Numbered from the stretch's first letter, positions 19,087 through 28,114 are shown. The stretch is DNA of 64,000 nt from Schleiferiaceae bacterium (GCA_029254375.1 JAQWXR010000029.1:13827-77826); one strand, 5' to 3'. Numbers and translations are program-made. Notes: generated from the sequence alone by a model not told the origin.

Positions 19087-19593
19087 TTATCTGAAGTCTT
19101 TGAGTTTCTCCATCATTTTCTTCCTAGCAAGAAAGATACGGCTTTTGACGGTGCCCAATGGAATGTCCATTTTCTGTGCGATTTCTTCATACTTATAGCC
19201 ATTGAAATACATCATGAAGGCATCCAAATAAGATTTTTCAACGGATTCAATATTCTCAAGAATCGTCGAAAGTTCTGCAGGGCTGTCAGCCTCTGTAGAA
19301 CGATCGGATGCCATAGAGCCCAAGATGAACTGATTTTCAGTTTCGTCCGTGTAGGTGTTTTGATTTCGCTTTTTGCGATAATTATTGATGAAGGTATTTT
19401 TAAGAATGGTGTACAACCAACCTTTTAGATTGGTCCCTTCCTGAAAGCGACTTTGATTCTTAATGGCTTTGTAGAACGTTTCTTGAATTAAATCTTCTGC
19501 ATCCTCTGAATGATGGGTCAATTTTAATGCAAGTGTTCTTAAAAAAGCGGTGTGCTGGTAAATCTCATATCCAAATGCATCTGAAGCGGTCAT
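19087..19593 (-). CDS. ECF-type RNA polymerase sigma-70 family factor
   Basis: 168 aa with region 2 ([13 protein letters not shown]) and a region 4 HTH ([19 protein letters not shown]). Confidence 0.88.
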   Translation of the reverse strand: MTASDAFGYEIYQHTAFLRTLALKLTHHSEDAEDLIQETFYKAIKNQSRFQEGTNLKGWLYTILKNTFINNYRKKRNQNTYTDETENQFILGSMASDRSTEADSPAELSTILENIESVEKSYLDAFMMYFNGYKYEEIAQKMDIPLGTVKSRIFLARKKMMEKLKDFR

Positions 19594-19706
19594 GGCTATT
19601 TTGTTTAACGATTACTCCTCAAAGTTAAACAGGAAAATCCATTAAAAAGAGGTTCTGTTAAACTTTTTTAAAAATTTCTTAAACAGAATGCGTATGTTTT
19701 TGACAA
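19594..19706 (-). promoter_or_regulatory. candidate promoter/operator region of the sigma-crt-pterin-photolyase block
   Basis: Four TGTT(T/A)AA(C/G) motifs at 19602-19609, 19624-19631, 19656-19663 and 19679-19686. A minus-strand TAACTTTG (TAnnTTTG-type -7 box) lies at 19620-19627. Confidence 0.45.
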
Positions 19707-20612
19707 CTAAGCCTTTATGGCTTCCTCGTGAAGGGCCTGACACATACTTTTTAAGTCTGAGAAGATAATTGCCTGAGCTTGATGACCTTTTCCATCCCAG
19801 TTTTGGCTGCCTATTCCAGATAGCCAAAAAGGTGTTCCATCAAGCATTTCTTCCAAGCGATTCCAATAATCTTGCCGACTATCCTTGTCAGGAGTCGTCG
19901 TCCAGATAGAAATAACCTTCTTCCATCTATCACGATCATTCAATAGCGGCTCGAGGTAATCAAGAGGTACACTTTGACCTAAATACACCACTGGCTGCCC
20001 TTGAGCTTTAAGAATGTAGTGCACGTATAAAAGAGCTAATTCATGCATTTCTTGATCCGCCAAGAAGACTAAGTAGCCTGGATTCTGAGCGGACGCCATA
20101 TGAGCCGGTAGCTTGTCTAGGGCTGTATAGAGTTTTTGCTTTATCAAGTTGCTCGCGAAATGCTCATGAGCTACCCCGATCGCATCGGTTTGCCACAAGA
20201 CTCCGACTTGATGAATGAACCCACCAACAATCTTCGTAAAGGTTTCATGTTCCCCCATATCATGGATGCATGCGTCCATGATAGCAGTAAAAGTGGGCTC
20301 ATCTAAATCAATTGTTGCCTGCAGCAGGCGGGCTATTTGAGAAGGGTAGTGCCCGTCATTCATTGCCAAATTTAAGACCTGATTATTCAAGTCAGACTTA
20401 CTCAAATCTGCTACTTTGCTAATTCTCCACCCTTTTTGAATGAGAACCGCTATGTTTAATAATGTCTTTAAATCTTCATCCGAGTAAAAGCGAATATTCG
20501 TCTCGGTGCGCTGAGGCATGACAATGCCATATCGCTGTTCCCAAATTCGCAACGTATGCGCTTTGATTCCGGTTAGATATTCTAAGTCTTTTATACTATA
20601 GCTGGAGCCCAT
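19707..20612 (-). CDS. MerR-family transcriptional regulator with B12-binding domain (CarH/LitR-like)
   Basis: N-terminal MerR HTH (YSIKDLEYLTGIKAHTLRIWEQRYG), a W-x9-EH motif (W140..E150 H151), and an E-x-H-x-x-A B12-loop variant (H190). Confidence 0.85.
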   Translation of the reverse strand: MGSSYSIKDLEYLTGIKAHTLRIWEQRYGIVMPQRTETNIRFYSDEDLKTLLNIAVLIQKGWRISKVADLSKSDLNNQVLNLAMNDGHYPSQIARLLQATIDLDEPTFTAIMDACIHDMGEHETFTKIVGGFIHQVGVLWQTDAIGVAHEHFASNLIKQKLYTALDKLPAHMASAQNPGYLVFLADQEMHELALLYVHYILKAQGQPVVYLGQSVPLDYLEPLLNDRDRWKKVISIWTTTPDKDSRQDYWNRLEEMLDGTPFWLSGIGSQNWDGKGHQAQAIIFSDLKSMCQALHEEAIKA

Positions 20613-22266
20613 GTCACAATCAACGCAGGTTTTACCAATTGGTTCACCGAACCAAAGCCTACATTTGCAAGCGAAAATACCTATTGTGAAAATTCAAGAC
20701 GAAATAGCTCGCCGACGCACATTTGGCATTGTCTCTCACCCCGATGCGGGCAAGACCACGCTGACTGAAAAATTGCTCCTCTTTGGGGGCGCAATTCAGG
20801 AAGCTGGCGCGGTGAAGAACAATAAAATCAAGAAAACGGCTACCTCCGACTTTATGGAGATCGAAAAGCAACGGGGAATCTCCGTGGCGACTTCTGTGAT
20901 GGCCTTTGAATATAAGAATCGGCACATTAACATTTTGGACACCCCAGGCCACCAAGATTTTGCCGAAGATACGTTCCGCACCTTGACAGCGGTGGATTCT
21001 GCCATCGTGGTGGTTGATGTAGCCAAAGGCGTTGAGACTCAAACGGAAAAATTGGTTCAGGTATGCCGAATGCGAGCTACGCCCATCATGGTCTTTGTCA
21101 ATAAGTTAGACCGAGAAGGACGTGACGGATTTGACTTACTTGACGAGATTGAAGGGAAACTAGGCCTTCGACTTTGCCCGCTCTCATGGCCCGTGGGCAT
21201 GGGAGCCCGATTCCAAGGGGTTTATAATATTTGGGACCAGTCCCTTCTACTCTATGAAGATCAGTCCAAACAAAAAATAGGTCGATCCATCGGATTTAAA
21301 GACTTGAATGATCCGGAGTTAAACCGACGAATTGGAGACGAGGCCGCCGCAACTTTGCGCGAAGAAATTGAGTTAATCCAAGGGGTTTATCCAGAATTTG
21401 ATCAAGCAGCGTATTTGAGTGGAGAAATTTGTCCGGTGTTCTTTGGCTCGGCATTGAACAACTTTGGAGTCAAGGAGCTCTTGGACTGCTTTGTTGAAAT
21501 CGCCCCTAGTCCCCAGCCCAAAATGGCAGAGGAACGTGAGGTGCTTCCGTCAGATACCCAGTTTTCGGGCTTTGTGTTCAAAATTCACGCGAACATTGAC
21601 CCCAATCACCGCAGCCGAATTGCCTTTGTGAAAATCGTTTCTGGGCTATTCGAGCGGAATACCAACTACAGGCATGTTCGCGAGGGTAAAAATCTAAAAT
21701 TCAGTTCGCCTTTGACCTTTATGGCGAGTAAGAAAGAAGTGGTAGACTATGCCTTTCCAGGAGACATCGTGGGCTTGCCTGATACGGGGATTTTCCGCAT
21801 TGGCGATAGCTTAACGAGTGGCGAATCCCTCCATTTCACAGGAATCCCTTCCTTTTCACCCGAGCACTTTCGATTCATTAACAATGCGGACCCACTCAAA
21901 TCCAAACAACTAGCTAAAGGGGTTGACCAATTGATGGATGAAGGAGTGGCCCAGCTTTTTACTCTAATAAGCAACGGTCGAAAAATTATTGGCACGGTTG
22001 GCGCGCTTCAATACGAGGTCATCCAATACCGCTTGGAGCATGAATATGGTGCAAAATGTGCCTATGAACCCTTTCAAGCCTACAAGGCCTTGTGGATACA
22101 GTCCAGTGACGTCACCCAACTCGAAGAGTTCAAAAAGTTCAAAGCACGCTACCTAGCCGAGGACAAATATGGTCGTTTGGTCTTTTTGGCGGACTCCGCC
22201 TTCAGTTTACAAATGTCTCAGGAGAAATTTGACAAACTGAGTTTCCACGCCAAATCGGAATTCTAA
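20611..22266 (+). CDS. prfC: peptide chain release factor 3 (start uncertain: ATG 20611, TTG 20665 or GTG 20686)
   Basis: RRRTFGIVSHPDAGKTTLTEKLLLFGG GTPase N-terminus. The N-terminal extension is about 25 aa longer than I expect for PrfC. Confidence 0.93.
   Translation: MSQSTQVLPIGSPNQSLHLQAKIPIVKIQDEIARRRTFGIVSHPDAGKTTLTEKLLLFGGAIQEAGAVKNNKIKKTATSDFMEIEKQRGISVATSVMAFEYKNRHINILDTPGHQDFAEDTFRTLTAVDSAIVVVDVAKGVETQTEKLVQVCRMRATPIMVFVNKLDREGRDGFDLLDEIEGKLGLRLCPLSWPVGMGARFQGVYNIWDQSLLLYEDQSKQKIGRSIGFKDLNDPELNRRIGDEAAATLREEIELIQGVYPEFDQAAYLSGEICPVFFGSALNNFGVKELLDCFVEIAPSPQPKMAEEREVLPSDTQFSGFVFKIHANIDPNHRSRIAFVKIVSGLFERNTNYRHVREGKNLKFSSPLTFMASKKEVVDYAFPGDIVGLPDTGIFRIGDSLTSGESLHFTGIPSFSPEHFRFINNADPLKSKQLAKGVDQLMDEGVAQLFTLISNGRKIIGTVGALQYEVIQYRLEHEYGAKCAYEPFQAYKALWIQSSDVTQLEEFKKFKARYLAEDKYGRLVFLADSAFSLQMSQEKFDKLSFHAKSEF
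20639..20655. promoter_or_regulatory. 7-3-7 inverted repeat TTGGTTC-ACC-GAACCAA
   Basis: Perfect 7-bp arms read directly from the sequence. Lies between the merR-like start and the plausible internal start of prfC. Confidence 0.35.
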
Positions 22267-22290
22267 GCGGTGTGATGTCTTTTGCAAAAA

Positions 22291-22322
22291 AAAGCCCGCA
22301 AAAACCGCGGGCTTTATTGTTT
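22291..22322. terminator. bidirectional rho-independent terminator between prfC and fabI
   Basis: Stem AAAGCCCGC/GCGGGCTTT (22291-22315), flanked by an A-run upstream and TTTATTGTTT downstream. Confidence 0.7.
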
Positions 22323-22333
22323 GAGTCAATCCA

Positions 22334-23152
22334 TTATTCTTCGGCATCGAGATAGCGATCCAAAACTTCTTGGCTCACTCCCATCATGCTAAATCCGCCA
22401 TCGTTATATAAGTTCTGCATGGTGACGCGCTTGGTCAAATCGGAGAACATGGCGATACAATAGTTCGCGCAATCCTCAGCTGTCGCATTGCCCAATGGAC
22501 TCATTTTTTCAGCAAAATTCAAAAAGCCCATGAAGCCCTTCACGCCACTACCTGCGGTGGTCAAGGTCGGAGATTGTGAAATTGTGTTGATTCGAACTTG
22601 GCGCTTGAGGCCATAGTGATAGCCAAATGAGCGCGCAATTGACTCCAAATACGCTTTATTCTCTGCCATATCATTGTAATCTGGGAATGACCGCTGGGCA
22701 GCCATGTAGCTCAATGCGAGTACTGAACCCCAGTCATTGATACAATCTTTTTGATAGGCTGTCTGTAGGAGTTTGTGAAAGCTCACAGCGGACACATCCC
22801 ACCCTTTGTGCAGAAAGTCATAATTTAAGTCCGTATAGGGCCGGTTCTTTCGGACATTGACACTCATGCCAATGCTATGAAGAATAAAGTCGATTTTGCC
22901 TCCGAAGTGCTCGACTGACTTATCTAGGAGATTATTCAAGTCGTCTAGGCTAGTTGCATCCGCCCCGATGACGGGCGCATTAATTGCTTCGGCTAAGGTG
23001 TTTATCTCTCCCATGCGCATCGCCATAGGGGCATTAGTCAAAACGATTTGTGCTCCTTGGGCATGGCATAGTTCAGCCACTTTCCATGCGATAGACTCGC
23101 TGTTTAAGGCGCCAAAGATGATGCCTTTTTTCCCTGCTAGTAATTGATTCAT
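22334..23152 (-). CDS. fabI: enoyl-[acyl-carrier-protein] reductase (NADH)
   Basis: SDR-type FabI N-terminus LAGKKGIIFG and 272 aa length. Confidence 0.9.
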   Translation of the reverse strand: MNQLLAGKKGIIFGALNSESIAWKVAELCHAQGAQIVLTNAPMAMRMGEINTLAEAINAPVIGADATSLDDLNNLLDKSVEHFGGKIDFILHSIGMSVNVRKNRPYTDLNYDFLHKGWDVSAVSFHKLLQTAYQKDCINDWGSVLALSYMAAQRSFPDYNDMAENKAYLESIARSFGYHYGLKRQVRINTISQSPTLTTAGSGVKGFMGFLNFAEKMSPLGNATAEDCANYCIAMFSDLTKRVTMQNLYNDGGFSMMGVSQEVLDRYLDAEE

Positions 23153-23181
23153 GTCTCGTGTTTAAGTGTTGCAAATATCGG

Positions 23182-24831
23182 TTAAGTCGACAAAAGGCTG
23201 CGAGCTTGGGCGCGAGCAGTCTCAGTAATTTCTTCTCCGGCCAGCAGACGTGCCACTTCTTCAATGCGTTCAGCGGGCTGGAGGATCTGAAGGCCTGTGT
23301 ATGTTTGGCCTGCCTCCGCCCATTTTTGGACACGCCAATGGTGGCTTCCCGCACCGGCTACTTGAGGTAAATGAGTGATAGCGATTAACTGAACATGTTC
23401 GGCCATGCGCTTGAAGAGCTCTGCTACGCGCGCCGCGGTGCCACCAGACACCCCCGTGTCAATTTCATCCAAAAGAAGGGTTTGAAGGCCTTTTCCTTGG
23501 ACAAAGAGGGCCTTGAGGGCTAGCATGAGTCGGTTCCTTTCTCCCCCACTCGCCACCTTATGAACGGGCAGAACCACTGCTCCGGGATTGGCTGAGAAAA
23601 AGAGATCATAGCGATGCGCACCATACACCCCAGGCTGTGGCAGTGCCTCTGGGCGGATCTCCATCACTGCTTGTGATAAATTGACTTCGCCTAGCGTTTG
23701 ATGCAAGGAGGCTAAAACGCTCGGAATCTCCTTCATTCGCGCCTGATGAAGTGATTCTCCAGCCTTTTGCAGAGCGCTGAAACTATCCAACACACTTTGT
23801 TCGGCTGCTTCTCGAATAGACGCTGAGGAGGTATGTAAATCCAATTGCGCTTCTAGTTGCTTTGCAAAGTCCAGCAATTGTGGAATGCTTGATACCCTAT
23901 GTTTTCTTTGCAATTGGTCAATGAAGGCAAGTCTATTCTCAACGAATAATAGTCTTTCAGGATCTAATTCTAGGCGATCTGCCTGCTGTTCTAGATTCCG
24001 CAAGGCCTCTTGGGCGAGTTGATCCAACTGACTGGTCAAGGCTTGGCTCTCTTTGAATTGCTCGGACAAGCGCATTAAACGATCCGTCGTTGTTTTCAAA
24101 ATGGCCAGAGGTTCCATGGCGCCCATGGGTCCCTCCAGACTTTCGCGCGCCTCGGCATACAATGTCTGAATTGCTTCCATATTAGACAGCGTCCTAAGCT
24201 CTTCTCGCCATTGGTCTTCTTCTTCGGGTTCTAACATGGCTTGACGTATTTCATCCACAACGAACTGACTGTAGTCTGAATCAAAGCCCTGCCCTGTTTG
24301 TAAATCCAATTGCTGAATTTTGGACAGCGCCGATTTCCATGTCGCAAGGCACGAATCGTACATGGTTTTTTCCTTTTCCAATCCAGCCAATCGATCCAAA
24401 AATTCAGCTACAAAAGCAGGTTGGGACAGGAATGCATTGTCCCGCTGGCTATGGATATCTATCAGCTGTTCTGATATTTCCTTCAAGGACTCCAATCGCA
24501 CCGGAGTGTCATTGATAAAAGCTCGGGACTTTCCTGCCGCAGAGATTTCTCTGCGCAGCGTACTGACCTCTGCAAAATCCAAGTCATGCGCTTCTAATCT
24601 TGCTCTCCAAGGTTCAGGGGATAATATAAAATCAGCCTCAACAATACATTTTTCCCCATCTAAGGCCAAGGATTGAACATCTGCCCGTCCGCCGAGAGCA
24701 AGCTGTAAAGCACCCAACAGGATGGACTTCCCAGCGCCCGTTTCACCTGTTAAGACGGTAAAACCTGGATCTACATGCAGATCAAGCCGCTCAATGAGAG
24801 CAAAGTTTTGGATACGAAGGGCGCAGAGCAT
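23182..24831 (-). CDS. recN: DNA repair protein RecN
   Basis: SMC-like protein with Walker A GETGAGKS, a long coiled coil, signature SGGE and LLLDEIDTG. Confidence 0.93.
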   Translation of the reverse strand: MLCALRIQNFALIERLDLHVDPGFTVLTGETGAGKSILLGALQLALGGRADVQSLALDGEKCIVEADFILSPEPWRARLEAHDLDFAEVSTLRREISAAGKSRAFINDTPVRLESLKEISEQLIDIHSQRDNAFLSQPAFVAEFLDRLAGLEKEKTMYDSCLATWKSALSKIQQLDLQTGQGFDSDYSQFVVDEIRQAMLEPEEEDQWREELRTLSNMEAIQTLYAEARESLEGPMGAMEPLAILKTTTDRLMRLSEQFKESQALTSQLDQLAQEALRNLEQQADRLELDPERLLFVENRLAFIDQLQRKHRVSSIPQLLDFAKQLEAQLDLHTSSASIREAAEQSVLDSFSALQKAGESLHQARMKEIPSVLASLHQTLGEVNLSQAVMEIRPEALPQPGVYGAHRYDLFFSANPGAVVLPVHKVASGGERNRLMLALKALFVQGKGLQTLLLDEIDTGVSGGTAARVAELFKRMAEHVQLIAITHLPQVAGAGSHHWRVQKWAEAGQTYTGLQILQPAERIEEVARLLAGEEITETARAQARSLLST

Positions 24832-24859
24832 AGCTACCCGAAAATTACATCAAAGGGCC

Positions 24860-25756
24860 TTAGCGGCCCATGTTTAAATACTTAGATGCATTCGTCGCAT
24901 CCATAGTTTGAAGGGCCTTTATGAGCTCATCACTCTGGAACCGCGGACCATCCCCAAAAACTTGCTGAATTTCATCTGATTTGGTGTCAAAAAACCAGCG
25001 TAGCAAGAAGATATTTGGCTGCCGGGTGTGAATAGCTTGCATAGCAATCAATGCGGCAGATATCGCCTCTTTGGCTGCCATTTGCTGTTTTGGATCATAC
25101 ATTCGATCCATTCCCTGCCGATGATAGTCATACCACACACTAAGAAATGCCGAATTGGCCGGGTTCATAAGGTCTTCAATCAGCCAAAAACGATTGCGAC
25201 TGGAGGTAAACCGATCCCAACCTCCACCAGCTCCCGCAGAAGCCGCATTCGCAGCTACAATTTGCGCTTGCGTCAAGTAATTATTTTGCAGCGTGCTAAA
25301 TGAGGTGGCATCCAAGCCTAGGGCGAGGTAACAATAAAAGGCAGTTACTGCCGTCAAATTATTTCCGTGCCGTCCAGGGCTAAAATCCATTACCTCATTA
25401 CTACGGTAACTGAAACTCACGTCCCCATCCAAGAAGGTCAGCATGGGCGATTGATAATCCGTCATGTAAACCGGACGAGCAAATTGAATCTGGAGATTCC
25501 CTCCCATTTGACCGCTACCTTGATCGTAATCCGAAATGGTGAAGACCATTGAACCGCGAATTTTCTCTTTATCCTCGAAAGAAACCTGACCCCACGCCTG
25601 CTGATTGACAAAATTTCGCAGTGCGGTTTCCAGATTTGTAAATACCTGACGATCATTGGTTTGAACCTGCGGCGCTTGCACCTTTACATCCAGTAAAAAT
25701 TCCTGCGCCTGCATGGGAAGCAAGCTAAAGACAAGGGCAAAAGTGAGTATTCTCAT
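24860..25756 (-). CDS. DUF4835-family protein (T9SS-associated in some recent annotations, from memory)
   Basis: Signal peptide followed by a conserved N-terminus resembling DUF4835. Sits in the canonical position between coaBC and recN. Confidence 0.65.
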   Translation of the reverse strand: MRILTFALVFSLLPMQAQEFLLDVKVQAPQVQTNDRQVFTNLETALRNFVNQQAWGQVSFEDKEKIRGSMVFTISDYDQGSGQMGGNLQIQFARPVYMTDYQSPMLTFLDGDVSFSYRSNEVMDFSPGRHGNNLTAVTAFYCYLALGLDATSFSTLQNNYLTQAQIVAANAASAGAGGGWDRFTSSRNRFWLIEDLMNPANSAFLSVWYDYHRQGMDRMYDPKQQMAAKEAISAALIAMQAIHTRQPNIFLLRWFFDTKSDEIQQVFGDGPRFQSDELIKALQTMDATNASKYLNMGR

Positions 25757-26967
25757 GAGTTCCAGTGAGTTTCAATCCAAGTCATAAGATCCATGGCCAG
25801 AATAGATTTATTCTTTATTGGCCAGTTCACTACCTCGGTCTGCGAAACTAACGCGATTCGGTTGCTTTCCGTATGCATTCCCCCTTCTGCATCACCCACT
25901 TGATTGAGGACCACCCAATCAGCTCGCTTATCCTGCGCTTTACGTCGGGCCTCATCAATGTTCCAATCTGCTTCGAGGGAAAAGCCTAGAATTCGCTGAT
26001 GTGCTTCCTTTGATGCACCTAGGCTGCGCAGAATATCTGGATTTTCAACCCATTCGGTCGCGGGCATCCCGTCTGCCTTCTTGCGCTTCCCCGTTCTCAC
26101 ATCCGCAGGACGAAAATCAGCAACGGCCGCCGCACCAATGATGAGATCCACTTCCGCACCTAACTTTATCGCGTGATCATACATCTCTTGTGCGCTGCGA
26201 ATGGGGTGATAAACCACCCCTGGCAGTTCTAGGGTCTGGACTTTGGACGGGCCATAGACCCATTGGACCTCGGCTCCAAGCTCACTTAAGGCTAAGGCAA
26301 ATCCATTACCCATTCGCCCAGAGGATCCATTGCTGATAAATCGAACCGAGTCTAATGCTTCTTCCGTTGGGCCAGAAGTAAGGAGCACCTTTTTTCCTGT
26401 CCAAAAGGGCTGGGTTCCAAGAATTCTTCGGGCCCGATGGTAGATTGCTTCAGGTTCCGCCATCCGCCCAGCCCCGCTTAACCCAGAGGCCAGACTGCCC
26501 TCAGGTGAAGGCATGACGTGCTGACCCCATTTTTGAAGCATGCTTATGTTCCTCTGCGTCGAAGGGTGGGCGAACATATCCAAATCCATGGCCGGCGCCC
26601 ACAAAATTGGACACTTAGCGCTTAAATAGGTAGCCATAACCAGGTTGTCACACAGTCCTTGGACCCCTTTCGCCAAAGTATTAGCTGTGGCTGGGGCAAT
26701 AATGAACAAATCAGCCCATTCTGCGTGGGCGACATGGTTGTTCCAAGATGTTTTCCCGGGAAGTCGATCCACTAAATGGTGATGCACTGGCTGAGCACTT
26801 AACGCGGCGAGCGTCAATGGACTAACAAATTCTTCCGCGGCTGGGGTCATTAAAATGCGAACTTCCGCTTCTTGTGCCCTCAAAAGGCGGACAAGAAACG
26901 GAAGTTTATAGGCGGCAATACCGCCCGTAATCCCAATTAGGACGTGCTTACCCGCGAGGGTGCTCAT
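25753..26967 (-). CDS. coaBC: bifunctional phosphopantothenoylcysteine decarboxylase / phosphopantothenate-cysteine ligase
   Basis: Flavoprotein N-domain (GKHVLIGITGGIAAYK) and CoaB domain (GPTEEALDSVRFISNGSSG). Start moved to the internal Met at 26967, giving an ATGA overlap with rpoZ. Confidence 0.92.
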   Translation of the reverse strand: MSTLAGKHVLIGITGGIAAYKLPFLVRLLRAQEAEVRILMTPAAEEFVSPLTLAALSAQPVHHHLVDRLPGKTSWNNHVAHAEWADLFIIAPATANTLAKGVQGLCDNLVMATYLSAKCPILWAPAMDLDMFAHPSTQRNISMLQKWGQHVMPSPEGSLASGLSGAGRMAEPEAIYHRARRILGTQPFWTGKKVLLTSGPTEEALDSVRFISNGSSGRMGNGFALALSELGAEVQWVYGPSKVQTLELPGVVYHPIRSAQEMYDHAIKLGAEVDLIIGAAAVADFRPADVRTGKRKKADGMPATEWVENPDILRSLGASKEAHQRILGFSLEADWNIDEARRKAQDKRADWVVLNQVGDAEGGMHTESNRIALVSQTEVVNWPIKNKSILAMDLMTWIETHWNS

Positions 26968-27299
26968 GCATTTGGGGTCTCCTCGGCGTCTGGATAGCGA
27001 GTGTAGATCTTTCCATCTAACCACTCGTGAACTGCCATGGCATGGGGCTTAGGCAAGGCCTCGTATTGCTTGGAGAATTCGATTTGCTCACGGTTTTCAA
27101 ACACCTCTTCAAGGCTGTCTGTAAACGTCGTAAACTCTTCTAATTTCTCATTGATCTCAGCGCGAATGCCTTCATTGATCTGCTCAGCGCGGCGAGAAAT
27201 CACGGAAATAGCCTCGTAAATATTGCCAGTTGTTTGATCCAATTCATTGAAGTCTAATGTCTTGGTAGTCTTACTGGCGAGCAAATGATTCTTGTCCAT
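26964..27299 (-). CDS. rpoZ: DNA-directed RNA polymerase subunit omega (long Bacteroidota form)
   Basis: 111 aa with NIYEAISVISRRAEQIN, which resembles the RpoZ core. Conserved position upstream of coaBC. Confidence 0.75.
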   Translation of the reverse strand: MDKNHLLASKTTKTLDFNELDQTTGNIYEAISVISRRAEQINEGIRAEINEKLEEFTTFTDSLEEVFENREQIEFSKQYEALPKPHAMAVHEWLDGKIYTRYPDAEETPNA

Positions 27300-27322
27300 G
27301 GTCTATTATTAGGAGGGCAAAA

Positions 27323-28114
27323 TTACGATTCTTTTTGCAAAAATGCTTGAATCTTTGAGTAACACGAATTTGCTTGATTGAGAAACGTTGTTTCGGGATA
27401 GGCATCCATAAATTCTAGATACGCCGTCTCCGCTTCCTTAAAGCGCTGGGCCTCCTTATCCTTAACGGAATTCTCCGCCAATTTAAACGCAGATTCTAAA
27501 CGCAGCATCAGCGCCTCTTCCCGATATGGTGAATCTGGAAACTCTGAAAGCATGACATTGAGTGACGTCACTGCCGAGCTAAACAGTTGGCGGTGATGAT
27601 ACCCTTTAGCGATGTCAAAGGCCTTTTTCTCCAATCGCTCGCGCAGTTCATCAATAAAACCGTTGGCTTCGGGAATGTATGGACTGCCTTCATGGGTGTT
27701 GATGAAGAGCTGCATTTCGTCCATAGCTTTGAAGGTATAGGCAGGGTCCAAGCTGCTTACCGGAGCCTCCAAATAGAAGCAGTATGCCGCGCGGTACGAC
27801 GCCTCTTCCGCAAAATCATTTTTTGGAAACGTTTGAGAAAAGCGCTTAAAGTGGTATCCCGCCAAAATGAAATCTTTTTGACCATACAAGGTTTGTGCAT
27901 AATACTTGTAGACGTCCTGGGCGCGGGTGGTTCCGCGGTAAGCGGACATCAATTCATCAAACAAAGGATAGGCTTTATTGTACTGTTCTGCATCGTAGTA
28001 CTCTACCGCCTTGATGAACTTAAATGCAGGGTCCGTGCTTTTGAGAACCTTCTGATATTCGCCACAACTTGCAAGAAGACTAATGGCTGTGGCTATGAGG
28101 GCGATTTTTCGCAT
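27323..28114 (-). CDS. bamD: outer membrane protein assembly factor BamD (TPR lipoprotein)
   Basis: Lipoprotein signal MRKIALIATAISLLASC from the internal Met at 28114, then TPR-like repeats. Confidence 0.8.
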   Translation of the reverse strand: MRKIALIATAISLLASCGEYQKVLKSTDPAFKFIKAVEYYDAEQYNKAYPLFDELMSAYRGTTRAQDVYKYYAQTLYGQKDFILAGYHFKRFSQTFPKNDFAEEASYRAAYCFYLEAPVSSLDPAYTFKAMDEMQLFINTHEGSPYIPEANGFIDELRERLEKKAFDIAKGYHHRQLFSSAVTSLNVMLSEFPDSPYREEALMLRLESAFKLAENSVKDKEAQRFKEAETAYLEFMDAYPETTFLNQANSCYSKIQAFLQKES

